NCBI GenBank assembly: GCA_034521575.1
Contig: JAXHMJ010000002.1
Coordinates: forward strand, 879,692 to 943,691
DNA: 64,000 nt
Reading direction: 5' to 3'
DNA from: Candidatus Zhuqueibacterota bacterium
GTDB lineage: Bacteria > Zhuqueibacterota > Zhuqueibacteria > Residuimicrobiales > Krinioviventaceae
Position numbers and translations under genes: made by a program. The notes beneath the pieces were generated by a model, which saw nothing but the letters and a program-made list of their open reading frames with translations, was not told the DNA's origin and made no database searches. Below, one piece after another: positions 51,505 to 62,975 of this stretch (within the stretch, counting starts at the first letter, position 1; every line of letters starts with the position of its first letter).

Positions 51505-53730
51505 TTATAAAATCTCCAGTTTGGCAAAGGGTAGTACCAGTCGTTTCATGCCGGTTCGGTCAAACTTGACCTGCAGTTTGACAGTGGTCGGGTGCTTTTC
51601 AATCTGCATCACCGTTCCTTTGCCGAATTTAAAATGTTTGACTCGTGAGCCGATATAAAGTTCCTGTGGTTCCTGAGACTCATCTTCATAATTCGGCATA
51701 CTGTCCACAAACTCGGGTTCAGGTGAGCGCTGCGTTGGAAACCTCTGCTGCGAATGTTCGGCCCGTGTGAGTGTGGGACTCTTTTCCTGTACGACAAAGC
51801 GCATATCAATCTCGGTCAAAAATCTGGATTTGTAACTGCGGGTCTCTCCATAGCGCTTGCGGTTGCGCGCCCAGAACAGGTACAGCTTTTCCTGAGTGCG
51901 GGTGGCGCCGACATAAAACAGCCGGCGTTCTTCTTCCAGGGCATGCGGATCATCCATGGACCGTGACAGTGGAAACAGTCCTTCTTCCACGCCGGCAATA
52001 AACACCACCGGAAATTCCAGACCTTTTGCGGCATGCAGGGTCATCAACGTCACGGCTTTGGCATCATCATCCCAGTTGTCCAGATCCGTAATCAGAGACA
52101 CTTCCTGCAGATACGTCTCCAGGGTCGCCTCTTCATTATTGCGCGTGTACTCGGCAATCGCCTGCAGCAGCTCCTGCACGTTCTCCAACCGGGTTATGGA
52201 CTCGATACTGTTTTCCTCTTTGTATTTGCGAATCAGGCCGAGTTCGTTCACCAGAGTTGCGGCCAGTTCAGCCGGAGAGATTTCTTCAAGCAGACTCTGA
52301 TAGCGCTTGATCATCTCATAAAATCCAAGCACCCGTTCTCTGGCGCGTTTCTGCAGACCCTCCACCTCATTCACCCGGCCCAGAGCGTGAAAAAGCAGCA
52401 TATCCTGCTGCAACGCAAACGCCTGTATTCTGGACAAAGTGGTATCGCCGATACCGCGGGTGGGATTGTTGATAACACGGCGCAGACTGATCGTATCCGA
52501 GGGATTCACCAGTAGCCGCAGATACGCCAGCACATCCTTGATCTCTTTGCGTTCGTAAAACCGAACGCCACCGATAATCACATACGGGATACCTTCAGCG
52601 CGAAACGCGTCTTCCAGGGCGCGCGACTGGGCGTTGATGCGGTAAAGAATGGCAAAATCCGAAAAATCGCGTTCGCCTTTGCGGAATTCCTGACTGATTT
52701 TTTCCACAATCATCTGGGCTTCTTCACGTTCATTGTACACCGCAACCATGGAAACCGGCTCACCATCGCCTTTGTCCGTCCACAGCTTTTTGGGATGACG
52801 CTGAGTGTTGTTCACCACAATGGAATGCGCCAGATTGAGAATATGAGCGGTCGAGCGATAATTGCGTTCCAGATGATATTTTTTACAGCCGGGATAATCT
52901 TCTTCAAATTCGAGAATATTGCGCAGTTCGGCGCCGCGCCAGCGGTAAATCGACTGATCATCATCCCCTACCACACCAATATTTTGATGCGCTTTAGCTA
53001 AAAGTGTCAGCATGTGATACTGGGCGCGGTTGGTGTCCTGGTATTCGTCCACAAGAAGAAACTTAAAACGTTCCTGATAATATTCCATGACCAGCGGATA
53101 CGTTTCGAACAATTCGATGGGCTTGATCAAAAGATCGTCAAAATCCATGGCATTGTGACGGCGCAGTTGTTTTTCATATTCAAGAAACACCCTGGACACC
53201 ACGTCATCCACCGGTGAATCCGCGCTCTGCTTGAATTGATCCGCGGACTGCATGGCGTTTTTCGCCATGCTGATACTGTAACTGATGAGTTTGGGGGATA
53301 CCTGCGGAGTCAGGATGTTCAACTGTTTTTGAATAGATTTGATCAGGGAAACCTGATCATCCACATCGTAAATGGAAAAATTATGGTCATAGCCGATACG
53401 GTCGGCTTCGCGGCGCAGCAGCCGGGCAAACAGCGAATGAAAGGTGCCGATCCACATGCCTTTGAGCGGCACAGGTACCAGTTTGCGCACGCGCTCTTTC
53501 ATTTCACCGGCGGCTTTATTGGTAAAGGTCATGGCCAGAATATCGTGCGGTTCGGCCGCGCCGCTGGCGATCAGATGCGCAATGCGAAAGGTCAGGACGC
53601 GGGTTTTGCCGCTGCCGGCGCCGGCCAGGACCAGGAGAGGTCCTTCCGTATGAACAACCGCATGATGTTGTTCTTCATTGAGTTCGGCCAACAGGTTATC
53701 AATATAGTCTTTATTCTTCACGTTGGGCAT
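51505..53730 (-). CDS. uvrD: UvrD/PcrA-type ATP-dependent DNA helicase
   Basis: Helicase motifs I (AGAGSGKT), II (DEYQDTN), and III-VI. 741 aa. Confidence 0.85.
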   Translation of the reverse strand: MPNVKNKDYIDNLLAELNEEQHHAVVHTEGPLLVLAGAGSGKTRVLTFRIAHLIASGAAEPHDILAMTFTNKAAGEMKERVRKLVPVPLKGMWIGTFHSLFARLLRREADRIGYDHNFSIYDVDDQVSLIKSIQKQLNILTPQVSPKLISYSISMAKNAMQSADQFKQSADSPVDDVVSRVFLEYEKQLRRHNAMDFDDLLIKPIELFETYPLVMEYYQERFKFLLVDEYQDTNRAQYHMLTLLAKAHQNIGVVGDDDQSIYRWRGAELRNILEFEEDYPGCKKYHLERNYRSTAHILNLAHSIVVNNTQRHPKKLWTDKGDGEPVSMVAVYNEREEAQMIVEKISQEFRKGERDFSDFAILYRINAQSRALEDAFRAEGIPYVIIGGVRFYERKEIKDVLAYLRLLVNPSDTISLRRVINNPTRGIGDTTLSRIQAFALQQDMLLFHALGRVNEVEGLQKRARERVLGFYEMIKRYQSLLEEISPAELAATLVNELGLIRKYKEENSIESITRLENVQELLQAIAEYTRNNEEATLETYLQEVSLITDLDNWDDDAKAVTLMTLHAAKGLEFPVVFIAGVEEGLFPLSRSMDDPHALEEERRLFYVGATRTQEKLYLFWARNRKRYGETRSYKSRFLTEIDMRFVVQEKSPTLTRAEHSQQRFPTQRSPEPEFVDSMPNYEDESQEPQELYIGSRVKHFKFGKGTVMQIEKHPTTVKLQVKFDRTGMKRLVLPFAKLEIL

Positions 53731-54755
53731 TCAGCTCCTTGCGTCGGTGTTCTCTGCGAATTCGGTCAAATTTGCGCTTGGCGTTTAAGTGTTGGGTCAG
53801 GGTGCGGCTGAAGGTATGTCCGCCCTTTCCGTCCGCGACAAAATATAAAAAAGAGGTCTCTGCCGGATAGACAGCCGCACGAATGGCGTTGACCGCCGGA
53901 TTGTTGATCGGGCCCGGCGGCAGTCCGGCGTACAGATAAGTGTTGTACGGAGAATCGATTTTCAAGTCACGGTTTAAAAGCCGTCGCGGACTCTCCGGGA
54001 TAATGTATTGAATGGTGGGATCGGCCTGCAGGCGCATGTCGCGCTCAAGCCGGTTATGATAAACCGAAGCAATCAGCGGCATTTCACGGTCCAGCATGGC
54101 TTCGCCTTCGATGATGGACGCAAGCGTAACTGCATCGCGCCGGGTCATACCCTGTTCCTCTGCGGCCACCCAGAATGAATCCGGGACCGTGCTGCGAAAC
54201 TGCTGCACCAGGGTGCGGATCACCTGTTTTTCCGTGACCCCGTAGGTAAAATGATAGGTTTCCGGATACAAATAGCCTTCAAGGGAAGGGTCCTCCCATC
54301 CCAGTTTCTGTATAAAATTTGTATCGGAAATTAGCTGCATAAAGTTCAGGGAATCCAGTCCCAGTTTTTTCTGGAAAATACCCGCATAACGCCGTGCTGC
54401 GTAACCTTCGGGCAAGGTCACGGAAAAATAACTCTGAGGTCCTCTTACCAGCGCGTCCAGGGCCGATTTATTTGACATGCGCCTCATGCAATGTGAATTT
54501 ACCGGCGCGCAGGTTCTGTGTATCTGCCAACAATTTTGCAGATAATTTAAACAGGTGTTTATTGGCAATCACATTTCGGCTTTTGAGGGTTTCGGTCACC
54601 CGATCAAAACTTGCGCCCCACGGCACAATAATATCCACGTTTTCAGAATTAGATAGAGTGTAAAAGGGCCAGTACAGGATCACAGAAAGCAGAAATGCAG
54701 CGGCAACCACCAATGCCGCCAGGGTCAGGCCTGTATATTTGAACAGTTTTTTCAA
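53711..54755 (-). CDS. mltG: endolytic murein transglycosylase MltG (YceG-like), frameshifted near 54490-54500
   Basis: N-terminal transmembrane anchor. …GYLYPETYHFTYGVTEKQVIRTL… is the YceG signature. The N-terminal ORF (54468-54755) and the C-terminal ORF (53711-54568) overlap in adjacent frames. Confidence 0.75.
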
Positions 54756-55465
54756 TTCGCTCCCGCCATTAATACAATGAGATCATACAATGCGTGGCTC
54801 CACACCGCTACGCCGAGTCCGCGGAATTCATAAAGGGCACAGAACAGCACGCCCATGACTGCGCGATATAAAAACGTATAATTTGTAAAATCCAGAGAAG
54901 CCAGATCATGCGCCCAGGCAAAAATCAGTGAAGATGCCAAAAGCACCATTAGCTTGACCGGCCATTTGCGTTTGGCGTCCAGGCTCTTGATAATCAGCGC
55001 CGCCACCAGCCCGTATCCCACAGCCCGGAACAGCAGTTCCTCAAACACACCGGCGCCCAGGGACATGATAATTACGGCGTGCGTCTCACTGCCGATAGCC
55101 AGATAAGTTGCCAGCGCAGTGGCGAAAAAACGCGCTGCCAGCGCCAGAACCCAGACGTAAACCCCGCTTTCCAGGACGATGAGAATGCAGTACTTGAAAC
55201 TGAACACCGGCCGGTGGCGGAAAAAAGAATAGGAAGCGGCGATAACCAGAATGAACATCAGCAGACTGAGAACGAAAATTCCCTGGGATCCAACCAGGTT
55301 GAACAGCCATTTGAACCAATGCTCGGAATCGGGCTGCGACCCGAACCGCGAGGCCAGATGCCGAAGCCACATATCCACTCCGTTTCTCAGCGGCGCTTCG
55401 CCCTGACGCATCATCAGCAGCGCCAGGATTTCGTAGATCAACAGCAACGGCAGCGTGACAATCAC
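54752..55465 (-). CDS. CPBP-family intramembrane glutamic endopeptidase (CAAX protease/Abi fold)
   Basis: Motifs GVFEELLFRAVG and FAWAHD…, plus a second His (HALYD), in a 6-TM protein. Confidence 0.7.
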   Translation of the reverse strand: MIVTLPLLLIYEILALLMMRQGEAPLRNGVDMWLRHLASRFGSQPDSEHWFKWLFNLVGSQGIFVLSLLMFILVIAASYSFFRHRPVFSFKYCILIVLESGVYVWVLALAARFFATALATYLAIGSETHAVIIMSLGAGVFEELLFRAVGYGLVAALIIKSLDAKRKWPVKLMVLLASSLIFAWAHDLASLDFTNYTFLYRAVMGVLFCALYEFRGLGVAVWSHALYDLIVLMAGAN

Positions 55466-55548
55466 CCCGTAAAAGGGCGTCCGGGTGGCGGCAAAATAGG
55501 TCGTGATCTGCTCTTTGGATTGTTTGGCCAGGATTCTTCTCCGCGGGT

Positions 55549-57276
55549 TTACATCCGGTTGCGTTTCTGCCGGCTGCGCAGATCAGTCAGCGGCATCGTA
55601 TTCAAAACATCATACCTGGATACCCAGCCGCGGCGCGCTGTGCCCACACCCAGAACCATCATGTACAGACTGCCGGTATCATGTGAATCGGTATTGATGC
55701 ACAATTTCACGTTGGCCCGAACCGCCTGACGCGCGTGAATATCCTTGAGGTCCAGCCGGTCCCAGTTGGCATTGATTTCCAGCGCTGTCCCGGTCTCGGC
55801 GGCCGCGCTGATTACACGCTCCATATCAATCGTCAGGGGATCGCGCCGGGTGATCAGCCGTCCCGTAGGATGTCCGATCACATCTACAAACGGATTGTTC
55901 ATAGCCGCAATCGTGCGTTCCGTGGCGTCGCGTTCGAATCCGGAATGCACCGAGGCCACGACAAAGTCAAGCTGCTTTAGCACCGAATCCGGGAAATCCA
56001 GTTTACCGTCCGGATGAATATTCAGTTCAATGCCGGACAGTATCTCAATGCTGTCCAGTTCGGCATTCAAAGCACGCACCTCTTTGATCTGCTGCTGCAG
56101 GCGTTCCTCGGACAATCCATTGGCATAGGTGGAACTCTGCGAATGGTCGCAGAACACCAGGTACTCGTAACCGAGCTCGACCGCTGCGACCGCCATTTCT
56201 TTGCAGGTGTTGTGTCCGTCCGAATAATGGCTGTGTACGTGCATATCGCCGCGAATATCGTTCAAAGTGAGCAGTTCCGGCAGATCTCCCTGCTCTGCAG
56301 CTTCGATCTCGCCGCGGTCCTCGCGCAGTTCGGGCGGCACCCAGTCGATATTCAATGCCTCGTACAACTCGGCTTCGTCCTTTCCGCCGATCTGTTCGTC
56401 GCCGTTGTAGATGCCGTATTCGCTGATCTTGTATCCGGCTTTTTTGGCGCGCTCGCGCAGTCGCACATTGTGCGCCTGGGAACCGGTGAAATACTGCAGG
56501 GCAGCGCCGTAGCTTGACGTCGGGATAGCGCGCAGATCGATCTGAAACTTGTCATTAACGAGCACACTGGCCTTGGTATCGCCGGCCGCCAGCACCTGTG
56601 TCACATCCGGCATGGAAACAAACGTATCGATCACGGATTTTCCGTCGTCGGTCTCGACCAGAATATCCACATCATGCACCGTCTCGCGGAACCGGCGCAC
56701 CGATCCGGCCGGCATGATGCGTCCCATGTCAGTTGTGCAATTCTCTTTGATATAATCAATGATATGTTCCGCCATGGGCCAGGCCAGACCGATGGAAAAG
56801 CGCTCGTTCGCCTGCTGGCGGCGTTCCAGTCCGTTTTTGATCTTTTCGACTTTTTTGGCGCCCATATTGGGCAGTTCGGCTAATTTGCCGGTTTCAATCT
56901 GTTTCTGCAGATCGTCCAGGGTTTCGACCCCGAGCTGTTGGTAGGCCAGTGCCGCGGTTTTGGGACCGAAATACGGAATAGACAGCAGAGCAAAAATATC
57001 TTTCGGCGTCTGTTTAAGCAGTTCGTCCAGCTGACTGATGCGTCCTGTTTCGAGAAACTGGGAGATTTTTTCCTGCAGCGCCTTGCCCACGCCCGGGATA
57101 TCGCCCAGACGATTTTCGTTCCACATGACCTCGATATCATCCGCCATCTCGGTAATCGCCCGCGCTGCACGCCGGTAGGCATTGATTTTGAACCGCGACT
57201 CGTCGAGAAACTCGAGAACGTCGCCAAACCGGTCCAGTATGTCTGCTGTGTCTTTGTTTTTCATATAATTCTCCAA
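55549..57276 (-). CDS. polX: DNA polymerase X family protein with a C-terminal PHP phosphoesterase domain
   Basis: N-terminal HhH/lyase region. Pol-beta nucleotidyltransferase core ([17 protein letters not shown]). PHP motifs ([12 protein letters not shown]…CDHSQS…). Confidence 0.85.
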   Translation of the reverse strand: MENYMKNKDTADILDRFGDVLEFLDESRFKINAYRRAARAITEMADDIEVMWNENRLGDIPGVGKALQEKISQFLETGRISQLDELLKQTPKDIFALLSIPYFGPKTAALAYQQLGVETLDDLQKQIETGKLAELPNMGAKKVEKIKNGLERRQQANERFSIGLAWPMAEHIIDYIKENCTTDMGRIMPAGSVRRFRETVHDVDILVETDDGKSVIDTFVSMPDVTQVLAAGDTKASVLVNDKFQIDLRAIPTSSYGAALQYFTGSQAHNVRLRERAKKAGYKISEYGIYNGDEQIGGKDEAELYEALNIDWVPPELREDRGEIEAAEQGDLPELLTLNDIRGDMHVHSHYSDGHNTCKEMAVAAVELGYEYLVFCDHSQSSTYANGLSEERLQQQIKEVRALNAELDSIEILSGIELNIHPDGKLDFPDSVLKQLDFVVASVHSGFERDATERTIAAMNNPFVDVIGHPTGRLITRRDPLTIDMERVISAAAETGTALEINANWDRLDLKDIHARQAVRANVKLCINTDSHDTGSLYMMVLGVGTARRGWVSRYDVLNTMPLTDLRSRQKRNRM

Positions 57277-57354
57277 CTTTAAATATACAATGCAGGCGTG
57301 GAAAAATCAACAGGAATATGGCAATGAAAACGCAGTAAAAAGAAGGAAAAAAAT

Positions 57355-58663
57355 CAGTAACGTCCGGTTAGGTAATTGCAACGCTCAGATTATACAAAAA
57401 AATATGACATAACACAAAAAAACACTTGACATTACGTCAAAAATTTTGAAGTCGATTTTCATAACATTAATAAATATAAGGTGTTATGGAAATGCGACGT
57501 AAATTCAAAAAGTTTAAGCCTCGACAAAAATCTAAAACATTCAAAAGACTAATGGAACCGATCAAGGCTATCTTGTCCAAGGTACCACCATTAGTTTCAC
57601 GAGGAGATCGACCTCTGCAAATGACATTTGAAGATCAACTCAATGCCCTCGTGTTTTATCATCTTGAAGAGCATGAATCAGGGACTCATCTTGTCCAGGT
57701 TCTTCAAGAAGATACATTTGCTCGGGAGCATATTGCCCCGAAAGAAGGAATCAAAAAAAGTAGCTTTTTTGAGGCTATCAACAATCGCGGCCTCGAACAA
57801 CTAGCTGTTGTTTTTAATGAACTTCAAGCCAAAGCTGCGACCACTATCCCAAAGCAATTTGAACATTTGGGGGAGCTTGTTGCCATCGACGGTTCTTTGA
57901 TTGATGCTGTTCTTTCAATGACTTGGGCTGATTATAGAAACGGCTCTAAAAAGGCAAAAGTTCATCTCGGTTTTGATATTAATCGGTCCATTCCAACAAA
58001 ACTATATCTCACAGGCGGTTTAGCCGGTGAACGACCATTTGTCGATCAAATACTCTCTTCTGACCAGTCCGGCGTTCTTGATCGGGGCTATCAATGCCAT
58101 AAACGCTTTGACCAATGGCAGGAGGACGGTCGTCAATTTTTCTGCCGCATCAAAGCATCGACGAAAAAAATGTCTTTATGCACATGACATAAAACCAGAA
58201 AGCATTGTTTTTTATGATGCTATAGTTTTATTGGGGACGCCGGCACCAATCAAACAAAAAAGTCGATACGACTTGTCGGTTATAAAATCGGCAATGTAAA
58301 ATACTGGATCGCGACAAATCGTTATGACCTCTCTGCAGAAGATGTTGCTCAGGCATACAAACTTCGTTGGGAAATTGAAAATTTCTTCGCTTGGTGGAAA
58401 CGCCATCTCAAAGTCTATCATCTCATAGCTCGAAGTCAGTACGGACTTATGGTTCAAATTCTCGGCGGCCTCATTACATATTTGCTACTGGCAATCTATT
58501 GTCATGAAAATTATAACGAAAAAGTTAACATCGAAAGAGTGCGAGAACTCCGTATTCAAATTCAAAATGAAGTGCGAGATTCCGACAAGAAAAATCGTAG
58601 AAAATCTCATCGAAAAAATCGACGAAATTACTTACGTGCAAAAACCTAACCGGACGTTACTGG
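57355..58663 (+). mobile_element. IS4-superfamily insertion sequence (1,309 bp) with perfect 18-bp terminal inverted repeats and a 9-bp target-site duplication GAAAAAAAT
   Basis: Left inverted repeat CAGTAACGTCCGGTTAGG (57355-57372) equals the reverse complement of the right one (58646-58663). GAAAAAAAT lies directly outside both ends (57346-57354 and 58664-58672). Confidence 0.8.
57486..58649 (+). CDS. IS4-family DDE transposase, in three frame pieces (frameshifts at the A7 run 58168-58174 and near 58280-58295)
   Basis: DDE residues (…VAIDGSLID…, …LDRGYQ…). C-terminal Y-(2)-R-(3)-E-(6)-K signature (…AYKLRWEIENFFAWWKRHLK…). The last codons overlap the right inverted repeat. Confidence 0.75.
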
Positions 58664-58954
58664 AAAAAAATAGTAGGATGAAAAATATTTTTGAAAATTA
58701 TTGGCGTTGATGGCTGGATAGAAATTTAAATACGAGTACGAATTAAAGATGCGACTGATATCCTGGCTGCAAATCAAAAATTTATTTCTGATAGCAAACA
58801 CGAGTCATTTACATCTTTTTCAAACATCTAAACGAATAAATGGATTGTAACAAAATATATTTTTATTGAATTTATTAATAATTTTATATAGTTTCTTGTG
58901 AACGCTCATAAAATATTGTTTCTGCACGGATGATCCTGTAAATGGAGGCGACCC

Positions 58955-61452
58955 TTGAATAAATTAAATAATTCCATATTGCCCCTCGTATTTGCAACTC
59001 TGTTTTTTTTGAAAAACATTATTCCAAGGGGTAAACAGGACAATTGGTTGCCGTTAACCCAATTTTCACCTTTTCTTGTTGCCTTGCTTATTCTCTCAGT
59101 CATAACCGTTCCACTGTCCGGACAAGATCTGCAGACCAGCGACACCGGTATGCAGGACCCGGGCTATTCCAAGACACAGTCACCCGATGGCAGTATCGAA
59201 GCGGCTGTTCTCATGCACAGCCGCATGGGTATACGCATTGAAATGAACCTGAACAAAAACCGTCTTGACCTCTGGATATCTCCCCAGGCCGGAAAGGAAC
59301 TGTCCAACCGGTACCGTAATTTTTCATGCCGCGATGATCATACCAATCTGTTCGACAAGATCACGTTTCCCGAACTGGTCAACAAACGTTTTCTCGGTTG
59401 CGACTATGATCCGTTTCATTCCGTCCTGCATTTCCAGGGTCAGGATATGCATATCGCTACATTGATCGATCAACCGGTGGTATTGGTCTGGTTCAGTCAG
59501 GAAGAAGTCATCGACTTTAAATCGGATAAACAGGATTCTTTACTGGAGCAATCTGATCAATTTCTCGGAGTCCGGCATCCCGATCGCGGACTGGTGCTTG
59601 ATTTCTATGCAGGACTCGGTGGTGATGCGGTTTTCCAGCACCAGCCCGAGGTTTTGCTGCACCGGAGTATATATGCGCGGGCGGTGGTTCAGCCTGACGA
59701 TTTTGTTGTGATAGGCGGAGAATTGTCGAAAGAGAATGTCAGACAGATCACAAGTCGCCTAACAAAAGGTAATCTGAACGAATTACTCGAAAACAGTGAA
59801 AACAAGATCGCGGCTGCGATTCAACCCGGTTCCCTGATTCTGAACGGCTTGCCAAGGGTACAGAAACTCTATGAGATCAACAAACGCCACATGCTGTCGG
59901 TACAGGATGCATCCGGTGCCCTGCGTGCTGCCCTTCGATATGTATATTACCTGATCTGGCTGACTGACGGCTCGGTCTGCGCAACCAGTATGGCACAGGC
60001 CGGAGATCCGGACTTTCTGCGCCGCTGGTGTGAATATTTTCTTGCCAATCCCACCCGACAGGATACGCCTCCGGAAGGCCCGTTTTACGGTCAGCTGGTG
60101 AACAAAAAGATCACCAAGCGGGAAGAGTTTGGCTCCCTGTGTGCTGTCTGGCCGTCATTCATGTATTGGGGGCTTGGCGGATCAGACCGTTTTGTCACCG
60201 GAGAAAACCTGCAGCTTTTGAAAAATGTGGTTGACTGGGTGGAACGGTATTGCTGGGATGCGGACATGCAGGCAATCGGAACGTATTACCTCGGCGGCGG
60301 CTCGGAAGATCCGTTTCTGGGAAGCAATGATTACGGCTATGACGCTGCGGTGGGATCATTTATGAGCCGAAATATGGGGTACCCCAGGTATAAAGGCAAG
60401 GCAATATTGCGGGCTTTTGAGTATGGAATGAACCTGAATCAATACAATATGTACCTGATGCTCTACTCAATCACATCCGGTGATGAAGCTGAAGAATATC
60501 TTGAAAAAGCAAAGACAGTCGCCCAATATCTTGAAAAACTCGATTCGATGGGTATTACAGCGTATTATCGATTAAAGGACAGAGAACTGGTTGCGGTACC
60601 ATCCGGCAACCAGCGTACCGGTGATAACCTGGCCTTGTTTGCAATCCAGAACCGCGCCCCTGCTTACTATATGCCCAACTATCCGGATAAATTCATGCAG
60701 CGGACCACCGGCTACACACCGTTTAACGACAAGGACCTGCGCCATCATTATGCGACACAGATTTACGGTCGATTACAGGGATTAGATACCGAGTTTATGA
60801 ATGAAGAGGATATTATAAAAACGATCCGGGCAACCCTCCCCTACCATATCAAGCCTTCACGTTATATCCCCATGCCCTGGTCCATGGTGGAATACTTTGG
60901 CGCGGAAGAAGGATCATTTCACGATATTCGTCCTCAGGCATTTTCTACAGTCCTTATATTGCTGCCCTGACCAATCTCTGCATTAAAACCATGCCACATG
61001 GGATTGCGATAAGAGGAACGAAATATGTTAAAGAGCTCCGGGATTTCGGATATTTGAACAGGAATATAAGCGTCTCTTACAGCGGAGAGGGAAATATTTC
61101 CTCGGTAACACTGAACGGCAACAAACTTGAACACACACTGCAGATTCCTGACGACCGGCTTCAAGCCGGTGACAATCGGCTCGACATTAAAATGGAAAAT
61201 CAAATCAATTCTCTACCCTGCCTGGTATACTCGACAATCCGCTTGAATGATGTGAGCGAGGAAAACGGAATAATTGTCTATAATGTACAGGGATACAGCC
61301 AGAATGTACTGGTCATGAAAAATGTCAATCGTGAGTTTTTGGTTTTTGATTCACAGAATAATCCGGTACCTGTCACCCTGACGCCAAAAGGGAAATATCT
61401 GTTTGCTGAATTCTGGGGAAAAGGCGAGTACAGGGTAGAATGCAGAATGTAA
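58955..61452 (+). CDS. large secreted hypothetical protein (~830 aa), possibly a glycosidase-like alpha-toroid. Split by a T4/T5 homopolymer frameshift at 60941-60944.
   Basis: The hydrophobic N-terminus suggests export. Adding one T joins …DIRPQAFFYSPYIAALTNLCIKTMPHGIAIRG… into a single frame across both tracked ORFs (58955-60970 and 60991-61452). Confidence 0.5.
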
Positions 61453-61627
61453 AATTGATAGTTGTACCGATAAAAACTATCGTACTTTGCAGCAACTCAT
61501 TTGGACCCGAAACGTGCAGGGAGAAAACACATTATTATCCGTTTTTTTCCTTAATATTTAATATAGATACCCGCAAATCACATGACATGTGACTGACGGT
61601 TAACAAAAATGAATACAGGAGTTTTGT

Positions 61628-62851
61628 TTGAAAAATCAATACAAACTTTTAATCCTTTCTTTACTCGTTCCACTCTATATCACTTTGCAAATCAGTGGTT
61701 GTCATAAAAGCACCCCTAGCAAAGAAATAATGCGTGTCGCCCAGTTCAATATCCGGGAACTGTCGACCGACAAACTGACGGATGTGGATTCGAGCGGTGT
61801 CGGCCAAAATGAGCAGGTGAACGCCGCGGCAGCGATCATCCGGAAAATCAATCCTGATGTGCTGGTGCTGAATGAAATCGATCACGATATCGATGCGCTG
61901 CGTAAAGGCCATGATCTGTCGCTCAACGCACAGCGCTTTATCGATGCATATCTGAATCAGGGGGACAATCCCCTGAGCTATCCGTATCTCTATGCCGCGC
62001 CGTGTAATACAGGACGGCTTTCCGATGAGGATCTGGACAATAACGGCATCATCGCAACCCAAGCCGACCATCGAACGCGAATCTACGGCGGCGATTGTTT
62101 CGGGTACGGCGAGTATCCGGGACAGTACTCGATGGCTGTGCTGTCGCGCTTTCCGCTGCAGTCTGAAAAAGCGCGCACGTTTCAGACCTTTTTGTGGAAG
62201 GATCTGCCCGACCCGGTGATCCCCAAAGACTGGTATTCTCCCGGCGAACTTGAAATATTTAGACTGAGCAGCAAATCGCATTGGGATCTCCCGGTGAACA
62301 TCGGGGATAAAGTCATTCATCTGCTGGTCTCCCACCCCACGCCGCCGGGATTCGACGGCCCGGAAAATCGTAACGGCCGCCGCAATTATGACGAAATCCG
62401 CATGTGGGTGCACTATCTGAACCATGATTCGGTGCTGGTGGATGATGAGGGTGTTCGCGGTGGACTTGCGCAGGATGCGAGTTTTATCCTTGCGGGCGAT
62501 TTGAATGCCGCACCCCGTGGAGATACGCTGGCGACGGGTCAGCGGGCCATTGATCAGCTGCTGAATCATCCCCACATTCAGGATTGCGGGCATTTACTGA
62601 CCAGTCAAGGCGCGCTCCAGGGCCGGAAGCCCGGTCCGCCGGAATTCATCGAACGGCGTACCGCAGCATGGGGTGACCGCGGTCTGCGTATCGATCACCT
62701 GCTCCCGAGCACGGACTTGAAACCGATCAACGGCGGGGTGTTTTGGCCGGATTCCAGTGATGATTCCGAGGGCGCTGCGCTGGCGAAAAAGGCTTCGGAT
62801 CACCGCTTGATCTGGCTCGATTTAAATATCGTACGGGAAATGGATAAATGA
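61628..62851 (+). CDS. endonuclease/exonuclease/phosphatase (EEP) family lipoprotein
   Basis: Lipobox LQISGCH. The first catalytic Glu lies in VLVLNEID. A D-x-N catalytic motif (ILAGDLNA) and a C-terminal DH (…KKASDHRLIWLDL) are present. Confidence 0.75.
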   Translation: MKNQYKLLILSLLVPLYITLQISGCHKSTPSKEIMRVAQFNIRELSTDKLTDVDSSGVGQNEQVNAAAAIIRKINPDVLVLNEIDHDIDALRKGHDLSLNAQRFIDAYLNQGDNPLSYPYLYAAPCNTGRLSDEDLDNNGIIATQADHRTRIYGGDCFGYGEYPGQYSMAVLSRFPLQSEKARTFQTFLWKDLPDPVIPKDWYSPGELEIFRLSSKSHWDLPVNIGDKVIHLLVSHPTPPGFDGPENRNGRRNYDEIRMWVHYLNHDSVLVDDEGVRGGLAQDASFILAGDLNAAPRGDTLATGQRAIDQLLNHPHIQDCGHLLTSQGALQGRKPGPPEFIERRTAAWGDRGLRIDHLLPSTDLKPINGGVFWPDSSDDSEGAALAKKASDHRLIWLDLNIVREMDK

Positions 62852-62975
62852 GGTATTAAGAGATTGGGCGGTCAGCAAAATTGCTGTCATTTGTGCGTCA
62901 TCGGCAAAAACAAATTATTTATAGAGACCACGTCACGCAACCATGGATCGTAGATCAAATGAGGAAAGGTTCTAT

